Below the pieces are notes generated by a model. The model was not told the origin of the DNA. It saw only the letters and a program-made list of their open reading frames with translations, and ran no database searches. The translations under genes and the position numbers were made by a program. Source: Candidatus Magasanikiibacteriota bacterium (lineage in GTDB: Bacteria > Patescibacteriota > Patescibacteriia > Magasanikbacterales > UBA922). Taken from it: 64,000 nt of DNA. Positions 9,871 to 18,109 of this stretch are shown here, piece by piece (position 1 is the stretch's first letter; every line of letters starts with the position of its first letter). The DNA is taken from assembly GCA_003482855.1 (NCBI GenBank), contig DMXO01000005.1:227719-291718 (forward strand). Direction: 5' to 3'.

Positions 9871-10020
9871 TTACAACATTTTTTGACCCCTGATTATCCT
9901 TACAAGTACTATAATAATAGCTATTATAAGTAAGATGTGAATGAAGCCACCAAGCGTGTAGGATGTGACGAGTCCAAGTAGCCATAAAATTATTAGAATG
10001 ATGGCAATAGTCCATAACAT
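9871..10020 (-). CDS. lmo0937-family small membrane protein (49 aa; absent from ORF track)
   Basis: Hand translation: MLWTIAIILIILWLLGLVTSYTLGGFIHILLIIAIIIVLVRIIRGQKML. Confidence 0.88.
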   Translation of the reverse strand: MLWTIAIILIILWLLGLVTSYTLGGFIHILLIIAIIIVLVRIIRGQKML

Positions 10021-10160
10021 ATGATTTGGGTTAAAAATAAATTTTACTCGAATTATTTTTCTATACTCGGTTTAATTGATAAGGTGTGTCACCTCCATCC
10101 TAAGAGATGACACATCTATCAGTTCATAAACTAAGATATAAAAGATATCCTACCTAATTT

Positions 10161-10292
10161 TTAGGATTTATCAGCTTTTTCATCAGCCTTTTTGTCAGCA
10201 GCTGCATCTTTTTTTGCCATTTCTGCTCCTATCCCTAGGTTTTCTTTGACCTCATCTTTTTTTGTTTTGTCTGTGGTTTTGTCGTCTGTCAT
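10161..10292 (-). CDS. Small highly charged protein (43 aa; absent from ORF track)
   Basis: MTDDKTTDKTKKDEVKENLGIGAEMAKKDAAADKKADEKADKS; same AAATCAT-ATG start context as the neighbouring lmo0937-like gene. Confidence 0.6.
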   Translation of the reverse strand: MTDDKTTDKTKKDEVKENLGIGAEMAKKDAAADKKADEKADKS

Positions 10293-10474
10293 ATGATTTT
10301 TGTTATATATGAATAAAATTATTTTTTGTGAGGTTTATATTCACGTGTTGAATATACCTCGTATATCCTCAACAAGAGGTGGAGTAGGTGGTTTTGTTGC
10401 CATAGATAAGTGGTTAGTTGCACATCCTCATGGTTTTATGTGTGTCAAGTCTGTGCATTTTTTAAAGGGATTAT

Positions 10475-10807
10475 TTATTTTTTTGGTTGGAGAGCTTCTT
10501 GAATTGTTTTCACAACAGCCTGAACAAATGGATTACCATATTCAAGTTTGGGAAAAACTTTTTTTCCCCCGCGTTCTTTTTGCAACAATTTTGCGTGTTC
10601 CAAAATTTTTATGTGTTGTGATGCTAAGGGGAGTGATATGTCCAAAATTTGTGCGATATTGCTCACAGATATCTTGGGTTGTTGGGCAAGAATGCGAAAA
10701 ATTCGATAACGGTTGATGTCACTAAGTACCTTAAATGCTGCGGCCATACTCTTGTCAGTTTCACTAAATATCTTACGATTTTTTTGGATTTCTTTTTCAC
10801 TGATCAT
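10475..10807 (-). CDS. ArsR/SmtB-family transcriptional regulator
   Basis: 'FKVLSDINRYRIFRIL...VSNIAQILDISLPLASQHIKILEHAKLL'; ATG 10807 preferred. Confidence 0.88.
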   Translation of the reverse strand: MISEKEIQKNRKIFSETDKSMAAAFKVLSDINRYRIFRILAQQPKISVSNIAQILDISLPLASQHIKILEHAKLLQKERGGKKVFPKLEYGNPFVQAVVKTIQEALQPKK

Positions 10808-10822
10808 ATATAAATTATTAAA

Positions 10823-10877
10823 CAATTATTTAATACTTTAATAATTGAAGTATATAATCTAATGTATGACTTGTCAA
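10823..10877 (-). promoter_or_regulatory. ArsR promoter and candidate operator
   Basis: Minus-strand TTGACA (10877-10872), 17 nt, TATACT (10854-10849); inverted repeat CAATTATT-9-AATAATTG at 10823-10847 overlaps the start region. Confidence 0.7.
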
Positions 10878-10933
10878 TGATAAAATAGAACACCACGGTG
10901 TATAAGAGGTGTGTAACTTTTTGTTTATTTTAT

Positions 10934-11150
10934 GTGATTCGGCTCGCCTGCAAACGCTATGCGTTAGCATTGTGGGCAGGTTGGAAATCTCACGTCGTCG
11001 CCTCGCTCCTCCTGGTGGGGGAACCTTCGGGTTTCCTAGCCTTTCTTCTGCAAGTAAAACCTTACGGTTTCACCATTCCCTCGTTCGCTCCCCAGTTACG
11101 GCCACAAAAATAAAAAACTCACCATAAAGGTGAATTTTTTATTTGTGAAC
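10934..11150. repeat. tRNA-Lys-associated structured element, copy 2 (degenerate)
   Basis: Shares GTGAT(T/C)CGGCT..GGAAATCTCAC, GGAACCTTCGG.TTTCCTA, GTTCG.TCCCCAGT.ACGG and a terminal hairpin with 12791-12976; carries a REP-like insert at 10947-10980. Confidence 0.75.
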
Positions 11151-11231
11151 CTTATCGGGACAGCTGGCAAACTTTTGTAGTAACTTTGATGACAGAGTTG
11201 CAAGGGGTTGAGTACGATTAAATGTTAATCC

Positions 11232-12047
11232 TTATGGAAAAACAAATTTTAAACTCAAACATTTAAAAAATGGTAATGTTGATATTAGCAAAATTAATAT
11301 TACAAGCGAAACCAAAAAATATAATATAGTTTCTTTTAATGTTTGAATTGTTTTTTCTTTAGGCGCATTCAATAATCTCGGCACAGCTATCAAAAAAAAC
11401 GGTAATACAAAGACCTGTACGACATAAAATGTACACCAAATAGAAGGACTGGCAGTACAAACATCCAGAGAAAATTTAAAATACCCCCACAATACATAAA
11501 TTACACTCAGAATAAACGAAGTATCAAGGGTGGCAAGTAAGTAGGTTATTATTGTCTTTTTTGAAATATCACCTTCAAGTAATTTACGACCTTTTAATGC
11601 ACAGACATGAAAATATATAAATAACAACATCCAAGCTGAAGCCCACACAAAAGCAGAATTATGCTTGAGGTAAAAATTAAATTGTTCAAATGACATTTCA
11701 ATAAAGAATGCGTGCATTGCTACGCCACCAATGATCCACAAGGCGATTTTACTCCTAAGACTTCTATTTAAAATTACTTCTAGCGACCGCAGAAAAAAAT
11801 ACATCGATGAAATTGAAAGTATTAGTCCAATCTTGTAAACAATTTGATTTTGGGTTAATAAAGATAAAAATTCAAATATCTGATGGCCGCCAATAAGTGT
11901 AAAGGCTATAATTACATTTTTTAAAAAAGGTAGTAGCCACTTTTTTTGTATTGTCTGATATTTCATCAAAAACCATATATAATAAAATAAACTAAAGGCT
12001 AAAATTGTAGCACCAGTGGTTAATTGTACTTCTTTGCTATAGCACAT
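11232..12047 (-). CDS. Multi-pass (7-8 TM) hypothetical membrane protein, cassette cargo
   Basis: Long hydrophobic ORF starting MCYS; very AT-rich; bounded by TGGCAAACT sites at 11165 and 12155. Confidence 0.75.
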   Translation of the reverse strand: MCYSKEVQLTTGATILAFSLFYYIWFLMKYQTIQKKWLLPFLKNVIIAFTLIGGHQIFEFLSLLTQNQIVYKIGLILSISSMYFFLRSLEVILNRSLRSKIALWIIGGVAMHAFFIEMSFEQFNFYLKHNSAFVWASAWMLLFIYFHVCALKGRKLLEGDISKKTIITYLLATLDTSFILSVIYVLWGYFKFSLDVCTASPSIWCTFYVVQVFVLPFFLIAVPRLLNAPKEKTIQTLKETILYFLVSLVILILLISTLPFFKCLSLKFVFP

Positions 12048-12154
12048 ATTATTTTTTAAAAAAGTCTATTAATTATTATACTCTTTTTGTTAACCATTTT
12101 ACAGTTCGAACGCCACCCGATTCTAACAACTTCTAACCATACACCGTCTGGTTC

Positions 12155-12260
12155 TGGCAAACTCAGATTTTGTCTTCGTATAGACAAGAAAACATCCTAT
12201 GGCGTAGGATGTCTCTAGTTGTGAACAAGGTCGGGACAGGTGGCAAACTTTTGTGGTGGA
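12155..12260. repeat. Inter-cassette junction element
   Basis: TGGCAAACT-..ATAGACA..AAAACATCCT-loop-AGGATGT..TTGTGAAC..TCGGGACAG.TGGCAAACTTTTGT; left part matches 12724-12796, right part matches 11145-11178. Confidence 0.8.
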
Positions 12261-12310
12261 ATTATTACTACAATTGCGAATTACAGATATTTTTGAAACT
12301 TTATTAATAA

Positions 12311-12659
12311 TTAAAGCTTAATTCCAAATTTAGATAAAATAAATATATAGATAGTATAAGCAATAAACATTACAAAAGATGATAGAATCATGGCCCAGCC
12401 AAATTTCATTCCTGTTTTAAGTAAAAATGGTAATATTATAAAAAATAAAAGTGATGGTAAAACCGCCCAAAATATACTCGTGGATAGACCAATTATCTTT
12501 TGGATGTCTTTTGTATCATGATACAGCCAAATAAGAGCCAAAATAGACACCAATGGCAAGGAAGCTATAACTGCTGCCACCGTGGTAAAACGTTTACTAA
12601 GTTCAGAGACACTAAAAATAATTAAGGCTGAAAGGATTATTTTTTATAATATATTGCAT
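12311..12659 (-). pseudogene. DUF3147-like membrane protein gene with +1 frameshift in an A6 run
   Basis: Removing one A at 12640-12645 joins ATG 12659 (MQYIIKIILSALIIFSVSELSKRF) to 'AAVIASLPLVSILALIWLY...IFWAVLPSLLFF'. Confidence 0.75.
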
Positions 12660-12686
12660 AGATAAAAGTTTAGTTTGGATAGTAAA

Positions 12687-12715
12687 ATTATACGTTATTT
12701 GTACTAAATTAGCAA
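12687..12715 (-). promoter_or_regulatory. Promoter inside the DUF3147 cassette
   Basis: Minus-strand TTGCTA-17-TATAAT just inside the TGGCAAACT boundary. Confidence 0.6.
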
Positions 12716-12790
12716 AATTTCGTTGGCAAACTCCATTTCAGCTTTTAATAGACATAAAAAAACATCCTTTTGACGAGGATGTTTCTTTTT

Positions 12791-12976
12791 GTGATCCGGC
12801 TGGGGAATCTCACTGCTCGTCCTCATTTCATTCGGACTGCGCTTTAGGAAACCTTCGGATTTCCTAATATTCTTCCTCGGCATGTAGGGGGATATCTCCC
12901 CCTACCACCCCCTTGTTCGATCCCCAGTCACGGACTACGCAAACTAAAAAACACCCGTCGGGTGTTTTTTAGTTTG
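12791..12976. repeat. tRNA-Lys-associated structured element, copy 1, with a direct copy of the tRNA 3' end
   Basis: GTGATCCGGCTGGGGA (12791-12806) is identical to tRNA positions 12977-12992; inverted T-arm copy GTTCGATCCCCAG at 12915-12927; terminator-like hairpin at 12940-12976. Confidence 0.85.
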
Positions 12977-13050
12977 GTGATCCGGCTGGGGATCGAACCC
13001 AGGACCATCAGCTTAAAAGGCTGTTGCTCTACCAGCTGAGCTACCGGACC
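12975..13050 (-). tRNA. tRNA-Lys(TTT)
   Basis: GGTCCGGTAGCTCAGCTGGTAGAGCAACAGC-CTTTTAA-GCTGATGGTCCTGGGTTCGATCCCCAGCCGGATCACCA; CCA encoded. Confidence 0.97.
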
Positions 13051-13191
13051 GCATAAACGACCTTCGGTCGTCACGCGGCAAGCCTGCCGCAATTTTTAAT
13101 TTTCAATTTCAAATTTCGAATGATTTTTGATTGAAAATTATGGTGTATATGATATACTAATCCCATAAAAAAGTCAAGAATTAGCTTGTTT

Positions 13192-15870
13192 ATGGAAAAT
13201 TACCACTTACAGAGTATAGCACAAGTTTTGAAAGATTTACAGGTTTCAGATAGGGGTTTATCCACCAAAGAGGCCGAAAAGAGGCTTGAGACTTATGGAC
13301 TGAATAAACTTCCTGCCTCATCTGAAAAAACAACACATCTCAAAATTTTTTTGCAACAATGGAAAAGTCCATTGATTTTAATTTTGGCAGTTGCAGGAAT
13401 TATTAGTGGAAGTTTGGGCGAGATTGTGGATATGATAGTTATTTTCATTACCGTAGGAGTCAATGTATCTATAGGTTTCATACAGGAATTCAAAGCAGAC
13501 CAAGCTCTTAAGAAACTTAACAAATTAGTATCATACAAAGCCGTGGTACTCCGAGAAGGAAGAGAAACTGTGATAGATAGTGTTCATATTGTTCCTGGAG
13601 ATATTATGATTATTGATGCAGGTACCAAGATTCAGGCAGACGGAAGAATTTTTGAATGTAGTGATTTACAGATAAATGAATCAGTATTGACGGGTGAATC
13701 TGAGTCTATAGAAAAACATACAAAAAAATTGATTGGTGATCTTGTCATAAGTGACAGAAAAAATATGGTATACAAGGGGACATCGGTCATAAATGGACGC
13801 GCGCATGTAGTTATTACTGCAACCGGTGCACATACTGAGATAGGTGCCATTGCTTCTCTAGTAGACAAAACTAGACAAGAAAAAACTCCATTGCAACGAC
13901 AACTTGGCAAGATGGGTAGGGTGATAGGTATTATTGTGCTCTGTTTGTCTCTTGGGATTTTTTTGCTTGGTGTTTTGGTCAAATCTGAACATCATTCTCT
14001 CTTGGAAATGTTCAAAATATCAGTAGCTCTTGCTGTCGCCGCTATACCTGAAGGTTTGGTGATTTCCATGACTGCTATTTTGGCTATAGGTATGCAACAT
14101 ATTCTCAAAAGGAAAGCCCTTGTGCGTAAATTGCTTGCTGCCGAGACGCTTGGATCAGTGAGTGTTATTTGTACTGACAAGACAGGCACCTTGACTGAAG
14201 GAAATATGAAAGTTACCCATGCTGTAACTGCAAATGATGAGATAAGTGGACAAGAGCTTGATGTTGTACATATGGATGACGAGGGTGAACATAGAGATAT
14301 TTTGTTTGCACTTCGTATCGGAGTGATGTGTAATGATAGTATTTTGGAGAATCCTCATGAAGTCGAAGGTAAATGGAATTTTGTTGGAGATACGACAGAT
14401 ACTGCGCTTGTATACGCAGGTATGAAAGCAGGACTTCAGAAGCATGATCTTGATAACGTATTGCGTAGGATAGCAGAGATACCTTTTGATAGTGTAAATA
14501 AATTTATGGCTACATTGCATCATGTTGATCACGAATCTCTCGTATATATCAAAGGTGCACCAGAGGTGTTGTATGATAAGTGTATGTATTATGAAGAAAA
14601 TGGAGAAACAAAAAAGATGAATAAACATATGCAAGAATGGTTTTCCAAGCAAGAAGATATTTTAACAGGTAAGGGCTTGCGTGTGCTCGCTCTTGCGTAC
14701 AAGAGGTATGATACACATATAGACAAGCTCTCAGTAGAGGATATTGATGATATTATTTTGGTTGGACTTATTGCATTGTCAGATCCATTACGTGAAAGTG
14801 TAAAAGAAACTATAGAAAAAGCGCGTGGAGCCGGTATTCGTATTATCATGATCACGGGGGATCATATGCGCACAGCACGATCGATTGGTCTACAGTTGGG
14901 GATTCCATCAGAAGACGACAATATCTTCAATGGACGTCAACTCGAAGACATTGGTGATGAAGATTTACAACGTGTTGTAGAACATATTTCTATTTTTGCA
15001 CGTGTGGATCCCAAGCATAAAATTCGCATTGTGCAAGCATTACAAGCACGAGGAGAAGTCGTTGCCATGACAGGAGATGGTATCAATGATGCACCTGCCC
15101 TCAAGGGATCTGATATTGGTGTGGCAGTCGGGTCAGGGACTGATGTAGCAAAAGAAATTTCCGATATTATCCTCCTAGATGATAATTTTGAAACCATAGT
15201 TTCTGCAGTAGAAGAAGGTCGTGGAATCTATCAAAATATAAAGAAGGTAATATTGTATCTCATGTCAAATAGTTTGATTGAAGTAATTTTGATAGCAGGT
15301 AGCCTGATCGCTGGTCTGCCCCTCGCATTATTGCCCGCACAAATTTTGTGGATCAATTTGGTTCAAGAAGGTGCTGTGGCTTTTTCTCTGGGATTTGATA
15401 AAGGGGACAAAGAAAATATGAAAGATATGCCTCGTAAAAAAGACGAATCAATTATTGATAGCAAGATGAAATTTATTATTGTCCTCGTGAGTGTGATTCC
15501 CAATGTTATACTGTTTAGTATATTTTTGTTTTTTCTCAAAACGACACAAGATATTTCACTTGCAAGAACATTAATGTTTGTAGGAGTTGGCATAGGGTCA
15601 TTATTTTATATTTTTTCTATTCGAAGTTTGCGCAAGATGATTTGGCAGATAAATCCATTTGGTAATAAATTTTTGATATATGCCCTTCTCGTAAGTTGGT
15701 TTATTTTATTTTCTTCGATTTATTTTGAACCTTTACAAAAATTATTGCGTACCGTTCCTTTGACGTTTAACCACTGGATGTTGATGATAGGGTTTGGTTT
15801 ATTAAATGTGATACTTATTGAATTAGTTAAAGGAATAATTTTAATTAAAAAACATAATTACGTAACATAA
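13192..15870 (+). CDS. Cation-transporting P-type ATPase (type II, Ca2+-like)
   Basis: TGES, IPEGL, DKTGTLT, KGAPE, TGD and GDGIND motifs. Confidence 0.95.
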   Translation: MENYHLQSIAQVLKDLQVSDRGLSTKEAEKRLETYGLNKLPASSEKTTHLKIFLQQWKSPLILILAVAGIISGSLGEIVDMIVIFITVGVNVSIGFIQEFKADQALKKLNKLVSYKAVVLREGRETVIDSVHIVPGDIMIIDAGTKIQADGRIFECSDLQINESVLTGESESIEKHTKKLIGDLVISDRKNMVYKGTSVINGRAHVVITATGAHTEIGAIASLVDKTRQEKTPLQRQLGKMGRVIGIIVLCLSLGIFLLGVLVKSEHHSLLEMFKISVALAVAAIPEGLVISMTAILAIGMQHILKRKALVRKLLAAETLGSVSVICTDKTGTLTEGNMKVTHAVTANDEISGQELDVVHMDDEGEHRDILFALRIGVMCNDSILENPHEVEGKWNFVGDTTDTALVYAGMKAGLQKHDLDNVLRRIAEIPFDSVNKFMATLHHVDHESLVYIKGAPEVLYDKCMYYEENGETKKMNKHMQEWFSKQEDILTGKGLRVLALAYKRYDTHIDKLSVEDIDDIILVGLIALSDPLRESVKETIEKARGAGIRIIMITGDHMRTARSIGLQLGIPSEDDNIFNGRQLEDIGDEDLQRVVEHISIFARVDPKHKIRIVQALQARGEVVAMTGDGINDAPALKGSDIGVAVGSGTDVAKEISDIILLDDNFETIVSAVEEGRGIYQNIKKVILYLMSNSLIEVILIAGSLIAGLPLALLPAQILWINLVQEGAVAFSLGFDKGDKENMKDMPRKKDESIIDSKMKFIIVLVSVIPNVILFSIFLFFLKTTQDISLARTLMFVGVGIGSLFYIFSIRSLRKMIWQINPFGNKFLIYALLVSWFILFSSIYFEPLQKLLRTVPLTFNHWMLMIGFGLLNVILIELVKGIILIKKHNYVT

Positions 15871-15875
15871 TATAT

Positions 15876-16451
15876 ATGACTTTGCAGACGAATTATCTGA
15901 AAAAAGTAGGCAACGATTTGCTTGATTTTGCCACCAAGCGCCGTGATATAATCAAACAGACAGGAGATGCACTTCATTTTTCTAAACGCGCTATATTTGC
16001 CATGCACAGAGATGACATGAAAGAAGCAGGAATCAAGCTGAAAGAAGCAGAAAAAATATTTAAAGATTTGAACAAGAAATATGCTAGAGATGCTCGTGTC
16101 CAAGAAGAGGGTTCATACAAAGCAGGACTTGAAGAGTATGTGGAAGCAGTATTGTTGCATCAATTTCTGAATACGGGGAAAATAGGAGAAATAAAAGGGC
16201 TGCCTATCTCAGGAGAAAGTTATGTCGCAGGACTCTGTGACGTGCCTGGAGAGTTGTATCGTTATGCTATCAAATCTGCGACCAGTAGAAATGTAGAAAT
16301 GGTGAAGAGGTGTAATGAAATGGCACAACAAATTACTGGCGAACTCATTGAATTCAATCTGACGAGCTATTTGCGTAATAAATTTGATCAAGCCAAGAGT
16401 GCGGTACAGAAAATTGAGCAGGTGGTGTATGAATTATCTTTAACAAAATAA
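15876..16451 (+). CDS. Translin/TRAX (C3PO)-family protein
   Basis: All-helical; 'GLEEYVEA' and 'YVAGLCDVPGELYRYAI' match the QEYVEA and YLxGLxDxxGEL translin motifs. Confidence 0.82.
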   Translation: MTLQTNYLKKVGNDLLDFATKRRDIIKQTGDALHFSKRAIFAMHRDDMKEAGIKLKEAEKIFKDLNKKYARDARVQEEGSYKAGLEEYVEAVLLHQFLNTGKIGEIKGLPISGESYVAGLCDVPGELYRYAIKSATSRNVEMVKRCNEMAQQITGELIEFNLTSYLRNKFDQAKSAVQKIEQVVYELSLTK

Positions 16452-16452
16452 T

Positions 16453-16815
16453 ATGGGATTCTTCAAAAAACTTTTTTTTGGTAATACCACAACCATCGAA
16501 ACACCCCAGCCGACTCCTACAGAGAACGTTCTGTATAAATCAGGGAAGATTAAAGTTAATGATTTTTTTAAGATTGAAGGAAGAGGCTTTGTGTTGACTG
16601 GAGATATAGTAGAAGGTGGTTTGGTGGTTGGTTTTACCGAACTGAGTGGTGTAGTTATACAAGGAATTGAGGCATTTAATAAGACACTGAAAACAGCAAT
16701 TCAAGGGCAGCAAGTGGGAATATTGACAAATATAAAAGATAAGGATGCAGTCAAAAGTTTTTTAGAAAAATACCCGGATAAAATTGTTGAGTTTTTTGCT
16801 CCAGAACAGAAATAA
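16453..16815 (+). CDS. Stand-alone EF-Tu domain II-like beta-barrel protein
   Basis: 'DFFKIEGRGFVLTGDIVEG...IQGIEAFNKTLKTAIQGQQVGIL' parallels EF-Tu domain 2; no GTPase domain. Confidence 0.72.
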   Translation: MGFFKKLFFGNTTTIETPQPTPTENVLYKSGKIKVNDFFKIEGRGFVLTGDIVEGGLVVGFTELSGVVIQGIEAFNKTLKTAIQGQQVGILTNIKDKDAVKSFLEKYPDKIVEFFAPEQK

Positions 16816-16821
16816 AGAAAT

Positions 16822-18102
16822 ATGAACAGATTTAAATCAGTTTTGAAGAACATAATTCCCAAAAAATTTCTTAACCTGCGTCATTTATTTTGGGCGTGGT
16901 GGGGAGCAGTGAAATATAAACACCCTTCAGAAGATTTGCTCGTCATTGGTATTACCGGGACTACAGGGAAGTCCAGTGTCATACATTTTTTGAGACAAGT
17001 TCTTGAGTACGCGGGATATAAGGTCGGTTCACTTTCGACCGTAGATTTTTATATTGGGGGTGAACAAAAACTTAATGATCAAAAAATGACGATGCTTGGT
17101 AAAATGCAGATACAAAAATATCTGCGTGAGATGTGTGATAAGAAATGTGATGTCGCTATAGTCGAGACGACTTCTGAAGGCCGTCTCCAGTATCGACATA
17201 AGTTTATCAATTATGACATGATGATACTCACCAATTTGTATCCTGAACATATTGAATCACATGGGAGTTTTGAAAAATATAAGCAAGCCAAGTTGGATCT
17301 TTTTAAATATGTATCGAAATGTAAGACAAAAGAGCATGGCAAAATTGCTATCGTGAATGGTGAGAATGAATATGCACAAGAATTTTTGCAGTTTAATTTT
17401 GATCAAAAAATAGCTTATACATTTTCGGATAAACATATAGAAGTAGACAAAGAAGGGATACATTTTGAAACACACGGATATCATTTCCATGCGCCTCTCT
17501 ATGGCAAACACAATGCAGAAAATATGGTAACAGTGGTATCTATTGCGCGTGCTATGGATATGGATTGGCAGACATTGCAACATGCTGTAGCACAAGTTCA
17601 TTCGGCTCCGGGTAGAATTGAATTTATACCAGAGACAGAATCGAGAGGTTTCAGAGTAATAGTAGACTACGCATTTGAACCTGTGGCATTACGAAAATTA
17701 TATGATGTGGTAGATATGCTTGGAGTAGAAGGGAAGATTATACATGTCTGTGGTTCTACTGGCGGTGGAAGAGATAAGGCGCGAAGAATACCTATTGGTG
17801 AGTTAGTTGGTACCAAATCAGATATTTTTATAGTGACTGATGAAGATCCCTATGATGAAGATCCTCTCGAAATTATAAAGTCAGTCTCTCAGGGAGCTCA
17901 AAATGTAGGGAAAAAAGTGGAACAGGATTTATTTGAGATTTTGGATAGAAAGGAAGCAATTCAAAAATCAATTAATATGGCTCAATCAGGAGATTTAGTT
18001 TTGATCACAGGGAAGGGGAGCGAACAGAAGATGTGTATTGCAGGAGGCAAGATGATTTCTTGGGATGATAGAGAAATAGTAAGAGAAAGTTTGAAAATTT
18101 AA
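16822..18102 (+). CDS. murE: UDP-MurNAc-tripeptide synthetase MurE
   Basis: GITGTTGKSS, 'VETTSEG', 'TNLYPEHIESH', 'PGRIE', 'VDYA', 'GGGRD', 'GKG'. Confidence 0.9.
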   Translation: MNRFKSVLKNIIPKKFLNLRHLFWAWWGAVKYKHPSEDLLVIGITGTTGKSSVIHFLRQVLEYAGYKVGSLSTVDFYIGGEQKLNDQKMTMLGKMQIQKYLREMCDKKCDVAIVETTSEGRLQYRHKFINYDMMILTNLYPEHIESHGSFEKYKQAKLDLFKYVSKCKTKEHGKIAIVNGENEYAQEFLQFNFDQKIAYTFSDKHIEVDKEGIHFETHGYHFHAPLYGKHNAENMVTVVSIARAMDMDWQTLQHAVAQVHSAPGRIEFIPETESRGFRVIVDYAFEPVALRKLYDVVDMLGVEGKIIHVCGSTGGGRDKARRIPIGELVGTKSDIFIVTDEDPYDEDPLEIIKSVSQGAQNVGKKVEQDLFEILDRKEAIQKSINMAQSGDLVLITGKGSEQKMCIAGGKMISWDDREIVRESLKI

Positions 18103-18109
18103 AATAGTT

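Noticed and set aside
10418-10436. Minus-strand CATGAGGAT resembling an MS2 operator hairpin
   Set aside because: The complementary arm is missing; a short chance match.
10300-10716. 138-aa + strand ORF
   Set aside because: It is an antisense shadow of the ArsR gene and small ORFs, with a TTG start and no motif.
10898-11127. 71-72 aa ORFs across the structured element
   Set aside because: They are chance open frames over GC-rich hairpins that align at DNA level with the non-coding copy at 12791-12976.
11145-12806. Canonical integron attC array or CRISPR array
   Set aside because: The junction ends (TCACAAC...GTTTGCC) are not complementary beyond AAC/GTT, no intI or cas genes are present, and the spacing is gene-sized and irregular.
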